Source: Azolla caroliniana
Lineage: Eukaryota > Plantae > Polypodiophyta
DNA length: 64,000 nt
Direction: 5' to 3'
Assembly: GCA_043228905.1 (NCBI GenBank)
Contig: JBHGNT010000014.1
Coordinates: 17,980,001 to 18,044,000, forward strand
Part shown: positions 37,195 to 49,000 of the stretch, piece by piece
Numbering within the stretch: the stretch's first letter is position 1
Layout of the letters: every line of letters starts with the position of its first letter
Notes under the pieces: model-generated
The model's input: the letters and a program-made list of their open reading frames with translations, nothing else
Told to the model about the DNA's origin: nothing
The model's database searches: none
Made by a program: the position numbers and the translations under genes

Positions 37195-38099
37195 ATGACC
37201 AAAATATCTAGATACATTCTTGACAAATGCAGTAAGGGTGGCCATTGGACAACTTAGGATATCATCTCACCAACTTGAGATTGAGAATGGTCGTACTAAT
37301 GGAGTCCCTAGAGAGGAAAGCCTATGTAGGTTATGTCACATAGAGATAAAGGATGAGTATCACTTTACATGCAAGTGTCCAACTTATGCCGAGGTAAGGG
37401 CGAAATACTAAGACATACTAGGACCCTCTCCAAACTACTAGATACCCCAGATATAAAGAGACTAGGTAGGTATATCTTAGAGCTAAACCAACATAGGGAG
37501 GAAAAACTACAATATCTTAACCATAATCATTTTAATATTCATGAACATGTAACTAATACAATTTTTCAAGAACAAGGGGACACGATGAATGTGGACACAC
37601 CTACACCACTCAGCCTCTCTCTTGAGGAAGCAGAAATGCAAAGAACAACCAAACGCCCTCGGATGTCGGGCTTCAAAGCAACTCGACATGGAGTAGAAAC
37701 AATTTTAAGAAGATAAGGGAACATGAGCTACGCTGCCTAGCAGCTATAGTTGCGGTATCTTTTACATTGGGACCACGGGCCACCTCCACATCGAAACCCT
37801 TGGACCTCCCACTTCTTTTTGAGAGACTTGGATGGAAATGAAACTAGGCCTAGTATAAAGTCCCTTATAGAACATGTTTTTTTGCTAGAACTCTTTAGCT
37901 TACGTTCTATTTTATTTTTATTTATACTTTCGATGAATGGGTAAATACCCCATTTTTATTGTAAACCAATTGTCTCATGGGGCAATTTTGGTCTTAGAAG
38001 ACATTAATATGTCTCTCTCTCAGAGGAAAGAAATTCTTCTTTTTCATTTTGATGACATAATCTTTATATGAATTCTCTCCCTCTCAAGAAGGAAATTCT

Positions 38100-38775
38100 T
38101 CTTTTTCATGTTGATAACATAATCTTTATATGAATTTCATGTAGGTCACACCATCGATCATCTCAATGCCGAAATGGTTTTTCCTAGGATTAAGTTTCTT
38201 CCAAAATTACCTTCCATTAAGAAAGTAGTGAGGTTCAAGTAAAAACTGTGATTATTCTTCTTTTGCGTAATGTGAACATGTATTCTAAAATGAATTAATT
38301 CAATGTTTTGATTGTACAAACATGTTCTCTCACTAATGTGTTATGAAACTTGTGTAACCTTCGTTATTTTTTATTATAATTATCCACAACTAGCAAAAGC
38401 CATTTGGTATGTGAATCACTTTAAATCTCGTAAGGCAAAAGGTTGAGCATTTACCATGGTAACATCAATAACATATCAACACATTTTGCTAAGGTCTATG
38501 AAATTGGCCTTTTTGTCTTAATCTAGATTCCAAACCACATGCATAAAATATGATCTTTAACCAACCCCCGTCATTTTTAGTTTCTAATGTAACATCTGAA
38601 CCGCAGAATGAAGCGTCGACATGCAAATAAAAGCAAGCCAATAATTGTACATGAGTGAATCTGTGAGTATGTGTGGTTTATCAATTCCAAGAGGTGCAAA
38701 TATTACAATTAAATACAAGTCCGGATAAAGCCATAATTTAGATGATGGATCATATATGCCATGTGCCCATAAACT
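38100..38775 (+). repeat. Diverged direct repeat, copy 1 (copy 2 at ~55100-55822)
   Basis: Collinear blocks such as TTAAGTTTCTTCCAAAATTACCTTC and TATATGCCATGTGCCCATAA. Confidence 0.85.
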
Positions 38776-39560
38776 CTTGTGTTACTCCCTCCTGGAGAAC
38801 ACCTTCGATTGCCCTCTTGAGTAATCGGGTCAAGGTATTGTGGGACGAAGGAGAGTAGGGGTCACGGCGTACTACTTAGACCGTGTTGGTTAGTTAGACT
38901 GTCCCACTCGGGGTAGGATCATGATCGGGGTTTAAGAAGGATAGGTTGTGGGATTGGCTACAACCAATCTGTATTCACATCCTTTACACAAACGGAACGT
39001 TATATAGATATATGTGAATAACGAAATAGAATGGCGACAGAACACGGAAGTTACCCACAAAGTATGTATATCTTCAATTTAAAGTTTAGCTTACAGGTAT
39101 TTAGATACAAGTACCGAGTATGATCGGTAATCACTCACTCACTCTCTATTAGTCTATTCCTAACGTAGTTCTGTACATCTCTCTACACCCCCCCTGTGTT
39201 CGCTACTCCCCAATATATATAGCTTCCTTCTACTCGGCACTTTCCACCCGCTCCTTCCTTGATATTCGAGTCCCTTATTCGGCCGTTAGTGCTCGGTTTC
39301 TCTTTTATACGTTGCATACTTGTGATATGTGTAACACTAGGTAACACCTGGCACGCCCATGGGACACTACTTTGCACGTCGAACCCATTCGAAAAAGAAT
39401 CGATAAAACTCGAAAAAATCCACAAAAATCAAATTTAGAATTGAAAATTTTATACATTATTCTTCTTCCAAAATGGGCAAGATGCTCGCCGACTGCTACG
39501 AGTCATTTGCTTTCTTAATGAATTCGGCCTAGAGTTCAGCTCGGTTATTTGGCTCCATAG

Positions 39561-41173
39561 TCATGGGTGCCCCTCTCTCATTTCCTCCTCCGTAGTGGTC
39601 TGTTGGGCTGATTCGTGAGGTGCAGCCTCCTGGTTGGCCGCGGGGGTCGTTTTTGCTAATCCTTGGTATACTTCCACCAGGGCCGTATTCAACTTGGGCA
39701 GCTCACTGAGCAAGTGGTTGCTCCTCCTCTGATGCCTTTCGGCCGATTTTTTGCTGGGCCCCCCCTTCATCGGATTCCAGTTCTCCGGCGATAGCCCTCT
39801 TGACCATCGCCTTATCCGCGTGTTCCTCGGCCATGCGTGTGTTGCGGCCGCTACTTGTAATTGAGTGAGGAAGTCGATGAGCTCAAAGGACATGTCGTAC
39901 CACAAAATGGCCCCGAGTTCAAAAGCCTCGGCGAGGAGATCAGGAATGGCCAGCACTGTGTCCTTCGAGATTCCGGAGGCCTAGCCCTTCTGCAAATTCC
40001 CCAGTCAGAGACAAAGCCGTGTCTTGGACTACCGTCACCGTCTTGTCGGGTGCTACAACCATCTGCAATTCGTCCGATGTGGTGCGGATCCGCTCCTTGT
40101 CATCGCTGCGGTGTTGCAAACGACGGCGTTTCTTGGGCGGGCTTTGTCCTGCCGCCGAGCGCTGTTTGGTTTCTGTCGCCTCTCTAGGCCATTTCGCACT
40201 TTCTACAAAGGGTTTCTTCTTGATTCCTTCGGGGGATTACCGGGTCTCGTCCCGCAGCTCTCGACGAGAACTTTTTGAGGATTAGTCAGGGAGCTCCGCT
40301 ACCGAATCCATCGGCCTTGGTTTGTGTTTTGCCCACGGATGGTGAAGTCCTCGTTGGCGACCACTACCAGCTTCTGTTCCTTAAATCGCATGTGTTGGTC
40401 GTGGGAAGGGGATCCTGGCATTCTTCCTGCCCAAATTGCAAGGCTTGTAAGAGCACCGGCAGATAATGGGCCAAGGTAGGGATTAACTTCTTCCCATCTT
40501 GTAAGGCAGAGAGAACAGCGCGGAGACTCTCACCAGTAATGGATCCCCAATCGAGTTGGCCACCTGTGTATGTTGTGATGATGATCCAAGCCTTCTTCTT
40601 CTTCGGCATCGCCTAGCTCGCGGGATGGACACTGCCGATTTCGCGGAGGAATTTTACCGAATCTCCGAACAACACGTTCAGACCGCCCTGTGTTCTGTAG
40701 GCCTTTGCCAAAGCTGAGTACTCCCCGAAATGTGCCTCGAGGACATGTTGGGGTGGGATCTCGATGTCGTGTGGACCGCCATGTTTGAGACCCGGCGCCG
40801 ACCTAATCTGGTCGTTCGTGATGGTGTCAGCGTGGATACCCAGGCCGATCTCCTGTGCCTCTGGGTGGGGCAATGCGTCTGAGACTTTGAGGTACCCACC
40901 GAGGTCGTACCGTTTCAGCCAGGTGCGAAGCTCCATGGAAACTTCGAGAGGCGTAGTGATACCTGCAGTGTGTCGGGCGGAGAGGAGAGATGGGTGGCTT
41001 TTGTGTTGAGAGCGAGAGGGTGAGGAGCTTCGAGAGAAAGGTTGGGAGTTATGTGCTTCTGTGATTGCTTTTGTGCGCGAAATAACTCCTTGCCCGATAA
41101 GAACCGTTTTTCGTATGTGTTGCGGTTCCAGAGGCGTGGCTTTGTGCCCTAGATTCAAAATCTTGCCTATCAT
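39561..41173 (-). pseudogene. Extra ORF downstream of pol, function unknown, broken by stops and a frameshift
   Basis: Same-frame pieces 40613-41173 and 40364-40609, plus 39561-39956; GC-richer than flanks. Confidence 0.5.
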
Positions 41174-41382
41174 TACTAGGTATGAATGCCACGCGTCGGG
41201 AACGGTTTGTACTTCCTTTTCTTAATCTACGTGCATGCTCTTTAAATACCGACTTGGTGGTTTGTTTTTTTCAAACACAACTAATATACATTTAATATAC
41301 ACATTCGGGTATGCGGGTTGTTATTGTAATTGGGGCAAAGTGGACCCGTGAGCCACCGTGTCACCTACCTCCGGCTTGTTAT

Positions 41383-42298
41383 TGTCGTGAAGATTTCCGA
41401 CTACAGTGAGAAAACTGGATAGAATGGGCAAAGTCGTCGATGTGCAACATGTGCACATGTACATTAGGAAATGTATATAAAATAATAGGGGATATTTATC
41501 CCACATTGTGACGTCCTTCCCTCAGACTATAAAACGAGGGAGGGGTCTCTTGTGAAAGGGTTGCCCATTTTGAGTTAGGAGGGTATACCACTTATATCTA
41601 AGGTTTGGTAGTTTTCTCTTCTTCATATTTTCCTTAGGGTTTCTACTTTGGTCTTCTTCACCCTATTTCGTTTTAGGGTTTCATTTTAGGTCTTCTTCTT
41701 CTTCTCCTTCGTCTTGTGGGTTTGATGAATCCTTCTTCTTGAGTGGAGTTTTAGTAATCCGTTTTGGTTCTTCTTCTTGGTTGAGTTAGGGTTCACGTGT
41801 TTCGAGGCTTCGGGTGTTACCCACTTCCTTTCCTTAGTGCGAGAGTTGGGGTTTTCGTTTGGGGTTTCTACAACGGCGTCTCTTTGGCATTCCGGTGGCG
41901 GCACTTGGAGGCTCGGCTTCCTCTCCTCGATGGAGAGCGTTTGCGTGGTGGCCGGTTTGAGAAGGGAGGGCGAAGTGGCACATGAACACTCCACCCTCTT
42001 CGGGGTGTGACCAACGGTGGACGTCGCAGTCTCGGTGGCCCACTTGACTCGCCTTCGCCGGTTCCCATTCTTAACTTGCTGTATAGCCGTTTGTTTTGTA
42101 ATAGCCACCGGATTTGTGACATGTAAGCATATTGTTGTAAAGCCTTTGTAATATATATATATATATATGTTTGTGTATATCCCTCTTCTATTGTAACATA
42201 TTTGAGTTGAGTCCTTAATCGCGGCGAACCATCTTCTTGAACCCTACCTTCATCGGATCTGAAAACCAATCCGGAAGTCGATCCGGACTTATCCGACT
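41383..42298 (+). mobile_element. LTR of the TGTCGTGAAGA group; right boundary uncertain
   Basis: First ~230 bp match LTR 36380; sits where the host element's integrase would be. Confidence 0.7.
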
Positions 42299-43699
42299 AG
42301 AAGTCGATGTTGAGAAATTACACCATTTCATCTATCCATTTGTCTTCGGGATCCGGATTATGAGGAGCTACCGTGATGTCGAAAATATCGGCACCCGGAA
42401 GATCATCAGGAACGCCTTCGGTTGGTTCGCCTGATTCGAGGCGACTAAGGTAGTCGGCCACGACATGTTGTACCCTCGGTCGATGATGGATGTCGAACTC
42501 GAACTCTTATAGTAAAAGCATCCATCGAGCCAGTCTGGCCGGAAGGGATTGCTTCCTGATCAAGTAAAGGAGAGTCAAGTGGTCGACGTGAAAAGTAAAT
42601 TTTCGGCCAAGAAGGTAATGTCGAAACTTAGTTATGTTGTATATCACCCTGGGAGCTTCTCTCTCGGTAGTCGAATAGTTCTTTTCCACAGCTGAGAGAC
42701 GTCAATTGGCGTAATATGCTGGCCGATACCAATTAGGAGGCGTCATTTGCATGAGAGCGTTGCTGATAGCCACATCCGATGCATCGACAAACACGTGGAA
42801 GGGTTGTGTTTAATCGAGTGGTTGGACTACGAGTGCGTGAGACAACATGATTTTCAAGGCTGTACATGCCTCATTCTCTGTGGAAATCCATGGAAGGGCA
42901 TTTCAGTGAACCACCACGTGCAAGGGAGTTGCGAAATTGGCCAAATGGTGGAGCATACAACTGTGCTTCCGAATTTGGCCTAAGAAACAGTTGAGGCCCT
43001 TCACGGTTGTTGGGGTCGGAGCACCCAAGATAGCATCTACCTTGTCGAGGTCCATTGCAATCCCTTCCCGACTCACGATATGCTTCATTAGGGCATCGCT
43101 AAAAACGTTGAATGCACACTTTGCCGGATTGAGGCTTAATCGAGTGGTCCAACATCGGTCGAGGCACAAGCGTAGCTGGTCGAGATGCTCTTGTTGACAT
43201 CCATAAACAGCAAAATCATCCAAAAAAAACTTGCATGAAAGCCGGAATGTAATCGCCAAAAAATTTCGTGATGAATCCCAAGAAGGTGGCTAGAGCCGTT
43301 TTTAATTCAAACATCATCACAACCACTACGAAGACACCCCACTAGGTGACAAAGGCGGTTTTTTCTTGATCATCGGGGTGCATCCAAACTTGGTTATCCC
43401 CACTAAAGCCATCTAGGAAACTATACACCTGCTACCGTATCCAAGATGCCATCTGTGAAGGGTAAGGGAAACACATCGGTGACAGTTTCGACATTCAATT
43501 TCTGATAGTCGACGCAGACTCGTATCTTGTCGTTTTTCTTCGGAACGACGACTATTGAGCTTAGCCATGTGGCTTGCTTGATGGACCGAATGAAATCAAC
43601 TCATAGTAGTTTGTTGATTTCTTCTTTGACCTTTGCCGCATAATTAGGCTTCATTCGGTAGCGTCGTTGTTGCACAGGTCTAGCATCCGACTGTATTTA

Positions 43700-44767
43700 G
43701 GAAATCATAACTTTGGGTCTAGTGTTTCGACCGGTTCTTTTGGCTTGTTCTCTCGATCGGCTGGTTCGTTCGATTGACTCAGTCGAGTAGTGGCTTCTAC
43801 CGATTCATCGATGGTGAGTCCCATCAATTTTCGCTAAATGTCTTCAGTGAAGACTTGTCCGATCATTTCGTTCAAATTCAGCTTTGGACAGATGTTGGCG
43901 AATGTCGTGCAAAATACCTCCCAACTCGTTGGCAAGCTCGAAAGGAGGGCAAGAGCTTTAACTTCTTCTTCGAAGTTAATCCCTTAGTAGAAGAGTTCAA
44001 ACAACACACCGATGAAGGTGTTGATGTGGGACGTGGTCGGATCATCTCTCTCATCTTCAAATTGAACAACCATCGGATCAATATGAGCTTCAACGAAGAC
44101 TTTTTCTCGTATACGACCTGTAACTTCTCCCTTATTGAGAATGGCGTCCTCTCCTTTGCCATGTTGAAATAGACGTTCTCGGCTAGGTGCATCCGGATTG
44201 TCGATCATGTGATTTCTTCCATCGATACTCTTCAACAGACATCGATGTTGGTTTGTCACTTTGGCGGATCGCTTCAACCTGTCTTCGAATTATGAGCACA
44301 TCTTGCATCATTTCTTTCCATTGGGCAGAGTTCTTCCCGTCGAACTTCTGTATTTCCACATTTGTTTCGTACTGTGTTGCCATTTTTTGGAAAGTAGATG
44401 TTGTTGGCCTTGTCTTTTCTCTTAGCCGGATAATTTCTCTTCTCAGTCTTTGTTGTTCGCTATTGCCGGATAATGTGGGTCACTCTGATACCACTTATTG
44501 TACATATGTGGGAATGTTAGTGCAACGGATGAATATGTTGAGGACCTGTCTATTAGTGTCAAGCAAATAACACAGATAAACTAGAGAAGAAGATAGTAGG
44601 TAAGAATCAAGATACATAATTGAAGCTCTAATGGAAACTATATTTCTCTTTTGTAAAACTCTCTCACTCTCCCTACAATGTTACAGTTGGGCTTATATAT
44701 GCAAAAGCCCTAACATGACATCATGTTCACGCTAGGATACAAAGTGGAAGGAGTCGGCATGCCAACA
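43700..44767 (-). mobile_element. Truncated Copia: short LTR ~44496-44767, iMet PBS 44483-44493, gag fragment
   Basis: TGGTATCAGAG; IQKFDGKN..WKEMMQDVLI; IRMHLAENVY; LFNLKM. Confidence 0.8.
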
Positions 44768-45249
44768 GTATTTAGGCTAGATTTACCAAACATTAAGTTG
44801 TATCCATCCTCTATTCCATCTTAAGAGACTGTGTCTATTAGATGAAGAAAATGTTATGAATGATATGGTGGAAATGCAAAATCCTTTAGATGAAGAAAAT
44901 CTTATAAATGATGTGGTTGATTCAAGGTCGGGGGTTATCCTTGATGTCCACTAGAAGAAATTTAGGAATGGTGCTTTTGGTCCATTTTTGGTGTCTTCAA
45001 AAGAAGGTTGTTTATCTAATGCTACTTGGGAATCTAACGTTTGTTCAATGTTAGTAGACCATAGAAGTGAATATTAGTGAAGAGGACATACTAAATGGTG
45101 TTGTGGAATTGTAGATTTCTTTTGTAGTTGACTGAACTTTGGGCGATATCCAACGAGTTCTTTATGCAGTGCTACTTGCGAATTTTGTCAACTTTTGTGC
45201 CTTGGAAAGGTTGGTCTTTCTTTGGAGTTACTTGGGAATATGAGAGCAA

Positions 45250-45590
45250 GTTGTGAAAGGCATTTCCAAACTTAATCATCAAGGATGACAACAAATCCTT
45301 TTAAGGGAGGATGGTATGTAATCATTAAAAGTGTCAAGGGGGGCATTCTAAGATGTTCATAGGGTAAATCCTTATGTTATGTGGGCAAGAGGATGGACAT
45401 GTAATCTAAATCCTTATGCATGGGGGCTAGTATATAGAGGCATGCCCTTTGACTTCTACTATATAAATGCATGCAGTGTGATTGGGAGGATAAGCTTTAG
45501 TGCACTACACTATACCAATGTTATCCATCATCTTATTCATCGCACCTCTCTTTATTGAGATAAAGAAGAGTCGAGAAGGTTGTAGCATAG
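45250..45590 (+). mobile_element. Old Gypsy 3' end relic (PPT plus short LTR)
   Basis: TTTTAAGGGAGGATGGTA followed by TGTAAT at 45317; internal CTATATAAA. Confidence 0.35.
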
Positions 45591-46086
45591 ATGATATAAT
45601 ATGTGACTACTAATTGAATGTGGACAAGTTAAACTTATACACATATGCTGAGTTGAGCAAGAATATTCAACGTCTAGCTACTTTGATTCAGCAACATACC
45701 ATAAGAAGACCAATAATCATAACCAAGATCTAATTCATATGTTTCTTAAAAATAGGTTGATTTCCATACAATTCGTTGAAGCTACTTCCTATCTCAAGGG
45801 GAAAGCTTGCAAATATTTGTCCTTCAAAGATCTGTTACTCACCATTCTTGATGAGTCTATTCTTATATTGTTTAAATTGTATCATAGCATTCCAATTTAA
45901 TATGAACTGCATTAATACGCGTTAGAACAGTCTAGTGTGGGCCAATTGAATAAAGACTAACTTTACAAATGTTCATGGAAGGGTTCCTTATGTATAAATC
46001 CAAGACCCATAGGGTCTTTTTCTTTGTCCAATGGCTGTATATATACCCTGAGAATATATTTAGGCTGGAACTTGTGTTTATGATTC

Positions 46087-49000
46087 TTACAACGCAAAGC
46101 TCGTATTATTATTCATGCTAGAGCCATTTCCATGGATATCAAAACTTTTGTTAGGTATATGACGAGAATCATCTGAGCTCGTACCCAATGAATCCCCACT
46201 TAGTTGAGCCATGGTTTGATCAACTTTCTTCTTCTTCTTCTCATCTGATTTTGGCCGAGTGCTTGGCTCATCTACATATGACGCAAAAGATCTAATGAGT
46301 CCCACCCCTCTCGATGACCATGAATCAACCGGAGAAGAATCAGTATGAGAACCCTCACGACAAAACCGTAGTAGTAACGTAAGCATGTAGATGGTAAGGC
46401 TACCAAATGATGTTGCACCAGTTATCAAAAAGAGACCCCAAAAGCTATCTAAGTTTAGTTGGTTCGATTCAACTTGGTTGGTTTCAGCATTACATGGGCT
46501 AGTACCTAGCCATAGATCATGGATCCTCTGTAATTCTCCATTTTCAGCCATTGTAAGGATAGCTGTCGACATGTCGACAGCCAACACCGAGTCCTTCGGG
46601 AAGGCCTGTTAAATTTTACAAAAGTTTATGCTCAAAGAAACAAATAAAAAACAATTCTCAATCATAAACATGTTGCAAAGGTAGGGTAGGGCAAGAATTA
46701 TTTCTGGGATATAGAAACCTCCTCAAATCTCTACACTCTAAACTCTATATTGCAACCCCGAAATATGTAGCTCCCAAATTTTCAGTCATAGTCTTGCTCG
46801 AGAATATGTCGTAATCATAGCGACAAGAAAACATATGATATCTAAAGAGTTTAGAAACATGTGAAGTGTGTAAACAATAGTAGAATTTGAAGTTTTTCCC
46901 AAAAACAATAATTGTGTCCACATTTGCATCTTTTTGTTTTCGGTTTTTTACACTGTAGGGTTCTAAATTCTTAGGCTAATAAAAGAAACAACAGTTGGGC
47001 CACATGGGGATGATACCTAGTCTCAATCGTTCTCCATTGGTGAGGATTTGTGTGCATCCTTCTATGTTGCCAACTCCAAGACTCAAGTGTAATAAAAACA
47101 CACAAATCAAGTTGTTGGGCGAAGTGTCTCTAATACACCTCCAAGTTTGCAAAATACCAAAATACCCCTAGGTTTCCAAATTTTAATTGATCAAATACCC
47201 CGCTATAGCACACAAAAAATTCTATGAGCAAAGGGATATATTCTCGTAAAACATTTTGAAAACTTGGATCTATTCTAGTAATATGGAAAACATTTGGCAG
47301 TATTTTTCAGTAACATTTACTAACACAAACAGTAAAAAGAAAAGGTTACTTACAAAACCCCATCCACCTTTAGAGAACTCTTGGCCAGCTATGGTGAATC
47401 CACAATGGGTGCCCAGAAAGATTTGTACATAGGGAAGTTCATCAACCACAGCAGCAACACCTCCTTTATCTGGACCCAACCTAAGAGCATTTGCATAATC
47501 AGCCATCGTTGGCAAAGGTTTCAGCCTTTCCTTCTGTATATTGATGCTAATCAGGTAATCCTGTGCAAATGATCCGGTTTGATAACCCACAGGAACGTTG
47601 CTCGTTTGTAAGCTACTAATGCCTTGAATCGTCGGACTCAGTTGTTGCACGGTGAGAATCGACGTTAAGTTTGCAGTGTAACTTGACGTGATGATAAGCA
47701 CGACAAAAAGCCATACAAGCAGGACACATCTTCCCAATGTACTCTTTGTTTTCTCATCTATCATAAAAAAGCATACTCCTAGTTTAGAAAAAAAAATGTT
47801 GAAATCATCGGAGAACCAAAACGTTATGTAAGAACCCATTTTGTTGAAGGGTTTTGAAAGTGCTTACTTTGGGAGAAAAACAGTGTCGAGAAAGTAAACC
47901 TGCACTTGAAAAGTCGGAAATTAGGTCCACTATTGCAATCGCTTAACAAAAGTAGTTAAATCTAAAGATAAAAAATATGTGCATTCACAAAACATAAATT
48001 TTATTATTTCTCGGGCCTTGATATAGATATAGATATAGATATATTTGTGCATGTGTGTGGAACGTGCATGTCAATCATGAAAACTCCAAGGTATGTAACT
48101 GTATCTAATGTCAACAATGCAGAAACAAAAGAAGGAATCATACATGTTACCATTCAGCAACTTTATGGATGTGTTCCAAATGTATTTAGCGATTAGTACA
48201 TGAAAGTTCTCTACATCACTAGAAATTTAAAACAAAGAAATAGATCTCTATGTTCATGGTGAAAACATTCAAGGATTGGTTGCATAAGAGTCTTAACCAT
48301 TTTTTTCCAGAAACTTGCTTTTCTTTTCGGAGGTCAGAACTTTGCATTGCTTTTATGTCCTTCTTCTAATATTACCAGAAGACTATTCTGCAGTACAAAA
48401 TATGCGACTATGTGGGTATTCTAGTATTTATACAGTGACCTGCCGATTCACACACTACCCACTCAATGCCAACCACCATTTATGAGCAACTGACCACCAC
48501 CATTCAGGGCAACAACAACAAAACATAGGCATAGTCTGGGTTCATTTCCTTTTTGATGTGGTAGGAGAGGGTGTGTGTGTTCATGTGTTGTAGACAGCAT
48601 AGACCTATTGTCAGAAATTTACTCACCATAGGACGGTTACGGCTTGTTTTTTCGGACGGCCTCGGAAATCTCGATTCTTCTTGTGTTCGAGCATCCAGAT
48701 AACCATCCCAGTCAAAATAAAGAATGCAAGAGTTGTCAACCACATGCTTGTTGTGAAAGGCCTAAGAAACGCCCATGCATTGGCAGACTGCGAATCTCTT
48801 GCCAGTACAACTACTACAAGTCCAGACTCTGTGTAGGGTTGTGAGAAGTCAACCATACCCATGCGTTTCGTTGTGATTGTAACATCACCCACTACTGCAT
48901 CAAACACCTGCAAAATATTGCAAAGAAGGATTTGATTTGTTTTGAAATAATGCATTGCCAGTGCCTAAATCCAAGGAAATGAACCAAATTCAAATATTAT

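Larger units (their letters stand above)
13207..38021 (+). mobile_element. Degenerate RTE-X-type LINE in five pieces (13207-13665, 14774-16011, 33503-34456, 35603-36379, 37195-38021) with a short (CT)n tail
   Basis: APE: WNCN, LVETH, GSGGVA, GDFNSRT, STIDY. RT: NTYRTIMI, FVDFRKA.D, GVKQGCPLS. C-terminus: LRISSHQLEIENGR...CRLC...DEYHFTCKCP. Sequence resumes at each TSD. Confidence 0.8.
38780..43692 (-). mobile_element. Truncated non-chromovirus Ty3/Gypsy: RT/RNase H 42305-43692, extra ORF 39561-41173, LTR 38780-39346
   Basis: VPKKNDKIRVCVDY, FLDDF, EKNYSTTERE, RHYLLGRKFTFHVDH, ADYLSRL on minus strand; LTR TGTTAC...GTAACA. Confidence 0.75.

Noticed and set aside
43693-44776. GTATTTAGG on both sides of the truncated Copia as a 9-bp TSD
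   Set aside because: The element lacks its second LTR and Copia TSDs are 5 bp; may be chance or a deletion scar
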